From the IMG/VR virus record IMGVR_UViG_2563366838_000005: a stretch of DNA of 48,520 nucleotides; one strand, given 5' to 3'. This stretch comes from a virus (taxonomy: Duplodnaviria > Heunggongvirae > Uroviricota > Caudoviricetes). Of this stretch, positions 47,211 through 48,520 are shown piece by piece (within the stretch, counting starts at the first letter, position 1; each line of letters begins with the position of its first letter). The notes under the pieces were generated by a model, which saw only the letters and a list, made by a program, of their open reading frames with translations, was not told the DNA's origin and ran no database searches. The translations under genes were made by a program, and so were the position numbers.

Positions 47211-47834
47211 ATGACAAAACATCTTAATGTGGTTTCTTTACCACTTTCTGTGTTGATTGGTTATGAAAAGAACGCTCGCACACACTCCGTGGAGCAGGTA
47301 GATCAGATTGTTGCCAGCATACAGGAGTACGGATGGACTAATCCGATCCTGATAGACGAGAACAACGTTGTAATTGCTGGTCATGGTCGAATTGCTGCGG
47401 CCACTCAGTTGGGGATGGATGATGTTCCCTGCATTGTTCTGGCTGGGCTAACGGAGAATCAGAAGAAGGCATATCGTCTGGCCGACAACCGTATTCCGCT
47501 GAATGCTGGTTGGGATGAAGAGTTGTTAAGCGCGGAGCTTGCAGATCTTGCGGCCGATGATTTTGCTCTGGACTCAATTGGTTTTACTCAGCGCGAACTG
47601 GATAACTTATTGAGTGCGGCAGTCTACGATGACACAGAGGGTATGGATATCCCATTTGAGAAGGATGAGGCCAAATCAGGCGTAAAAGTTCAGTACCTGT
47701 CATTTGGAGGTCATAAAATCCCGGCAACGGATGAGGAAGCGGATCGTTTTGACTGCGCGGTGTCTCGTTATGTTGATGATAATGGCAGCTATATCGGATT
47801 TGTATCCGCATTGCTGGCTGGGGAGGTGTGCTGA
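47211..47834 (+). CDS. ParB-like nuclease domain protein (paralog of 2076..2666)
   Basis: KNARTHS and GHGRIAAA motifs; stop overlaps the start of the next gene. Confidence 0.75.
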   Translation: MTKHLNVVSLPLSVLIGYEKNARTHSVEQVDQIVASIQEYGWTNPILIDENNVVIAGHGRIAAATQLGMDDVPCIVLAGLTENQKKAYRLADNRIPLNAGWDEELLSAELADLAADDFALDSIGFTQRELDNLLSAAVYDDTEGMDIPFEKDEAKSGVKVQYLSFGGHKIPATDEEADRFDCAVSRYVDDNGSYIGFVSALLAGEVC

Positions 47835-48520
47835 TGCTTCACCTCAATTACGACATAACGCACCTACGCGGCGCGGAATATAACCCGCGTTTTATCGGTG
47901 AGGATGATCTTGCGAGGCTGGCGGAAAGCGTCAGGGAGCTGGGGCTTGTGAAGCCATTGATAGTGCGCGGCGATTTGCTGGTGGCGGGACACCAAAGGAC
48001 GAAGGCGCTACGTAAGTTGGGAATAACGCGTGCTGCGGTGTATGTGTTGCCCTGTGAAACGACGGTATACGACGAAGTACGGTTTAACCAACTGCATAAC
48101 GGAACGGATTTTGATAGCGGAGATGAGCGTTGCAGGGTGTCCGGTCTGGAAGATAAGCATGGTTTTGTTCAGGTATCGGCAAGCCAGATCTCAGGCAATA
48201 TGCGCGCGAAAATGGCATATGTTCGAAAGAACATAGCGGAACTGGTTATCAAGTATGGTCCGTGGGGTGGTTGTGTTGCTACTCAGTCTGGTGAGGTTAT
48301 TCACTGTGCTCAGTATGCATTAGCAGCGAAAATGACGCGCACACCGCTAACGGTGTTTGTGATCCCTGATGTTGAGAAGGAAAAATACCAAAGTTATCTG
48401 AATAAAACTTATGGTGTATTTGAGTATTCTCATCTGGAGAAAACAACATACATCCAGACGTATGCGCAGCTTATGCGGTTGCGTAATGGTGGCAGCCTGA
48501 AATCAAATCTGTATGAGTCG
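47834..48520 (+). CDS. 5' portion of wrap-around gene: ParB-N-like domain of the ParB/methyltransferase fusion (runs off window end, continues at 1..782)
   Basis: ATG 47834 overlapping previous TGA; GHQRTKAL ParB-like motif; no stop before window end; frame continuous with 48..782. Confidence 0.65.
   Translation, partial: MLHLNYDITHLRGAEYNPRFIGEDDLARLAESVRELGLVKPLIVRGDLLVAGHQRTKALRKLGITRAAVYVLPCETTVYDEVRFNQLHNGTDFDSGDERCRVSGLEDKHGFVQVSASQISGNMRAKMAYVRKNIAELVIKYGPWGGCVATQSGEVIHCAQYALAAKMTRTPLTVFVIPDVEKEKYQSYLNKTYGVFEYSHLEKTTYIQTYAQLMRLRNGGSLKSNLYES

Noticed and set aside
1-48520. Search for integrase, transposase, reverse transcriptase (retron/DGR) or large defence ATPases/helicases
   Set aside because: No ORF of suitable size or motif content was seen; the accessory genes are small and the tail fibre repeats have no adjacent reverse transcriptase

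Overview
The window appears to be a complete circular phage-plasmid of about 48.4 kb: bases 1-95 are identical to 48426-48520, so the contig closes on itself and one gene (47834..end joined to 1..782) wraps the junction. All calls rest on reading the sequence and the supplied ORF translations; no database search was run, so family names are recalled from motifs. About 22 kb on the + strand is a late morphogenesis operon: ParB-like protein, small and large terminase (lambda gpA-like), gpW-like, portal, ClpP-like prohead protease, decoration-like and gpE-like capsid proteins, then a P2/Mu-like contractile tail (sheath, tube, frameshifted chaperone, tape measure, baseplate D/V/W/J/I, tail fibre with HxH repeats, fibre assembly protein). 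The plasmid-maintenance part carries an IncFII-like RepA with a structured leader and a DnaA box downstream, a type Ib ParA/ParG-like partition pair, and a HigB/HigA-like toxin-antitoxin. The lysogeny part has a CI-like S24 repressor divergent from a Cro-like gene, with ACCAC-N5-GTGGT operators, and an ORF6N/Rha antirepressor. A lysis cassette (holin, GH108 endolysin, overlapping spanins), a tRNA with CAU anticodon and an MT-A70-type methyltransferase follow. The most unusual signals are three near-identical ~110 bp promoter/leader blocks in front of unrelated genes, a TATA-rich iteron motif shared between the par locus and those promoters, and a ParB-N domain fused to a class I methyltransferase that lacks a DPPY motif. 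I found no integrase, transposase, reverse transcriptase, CRISPR array or recognisable multi-gene defence system.
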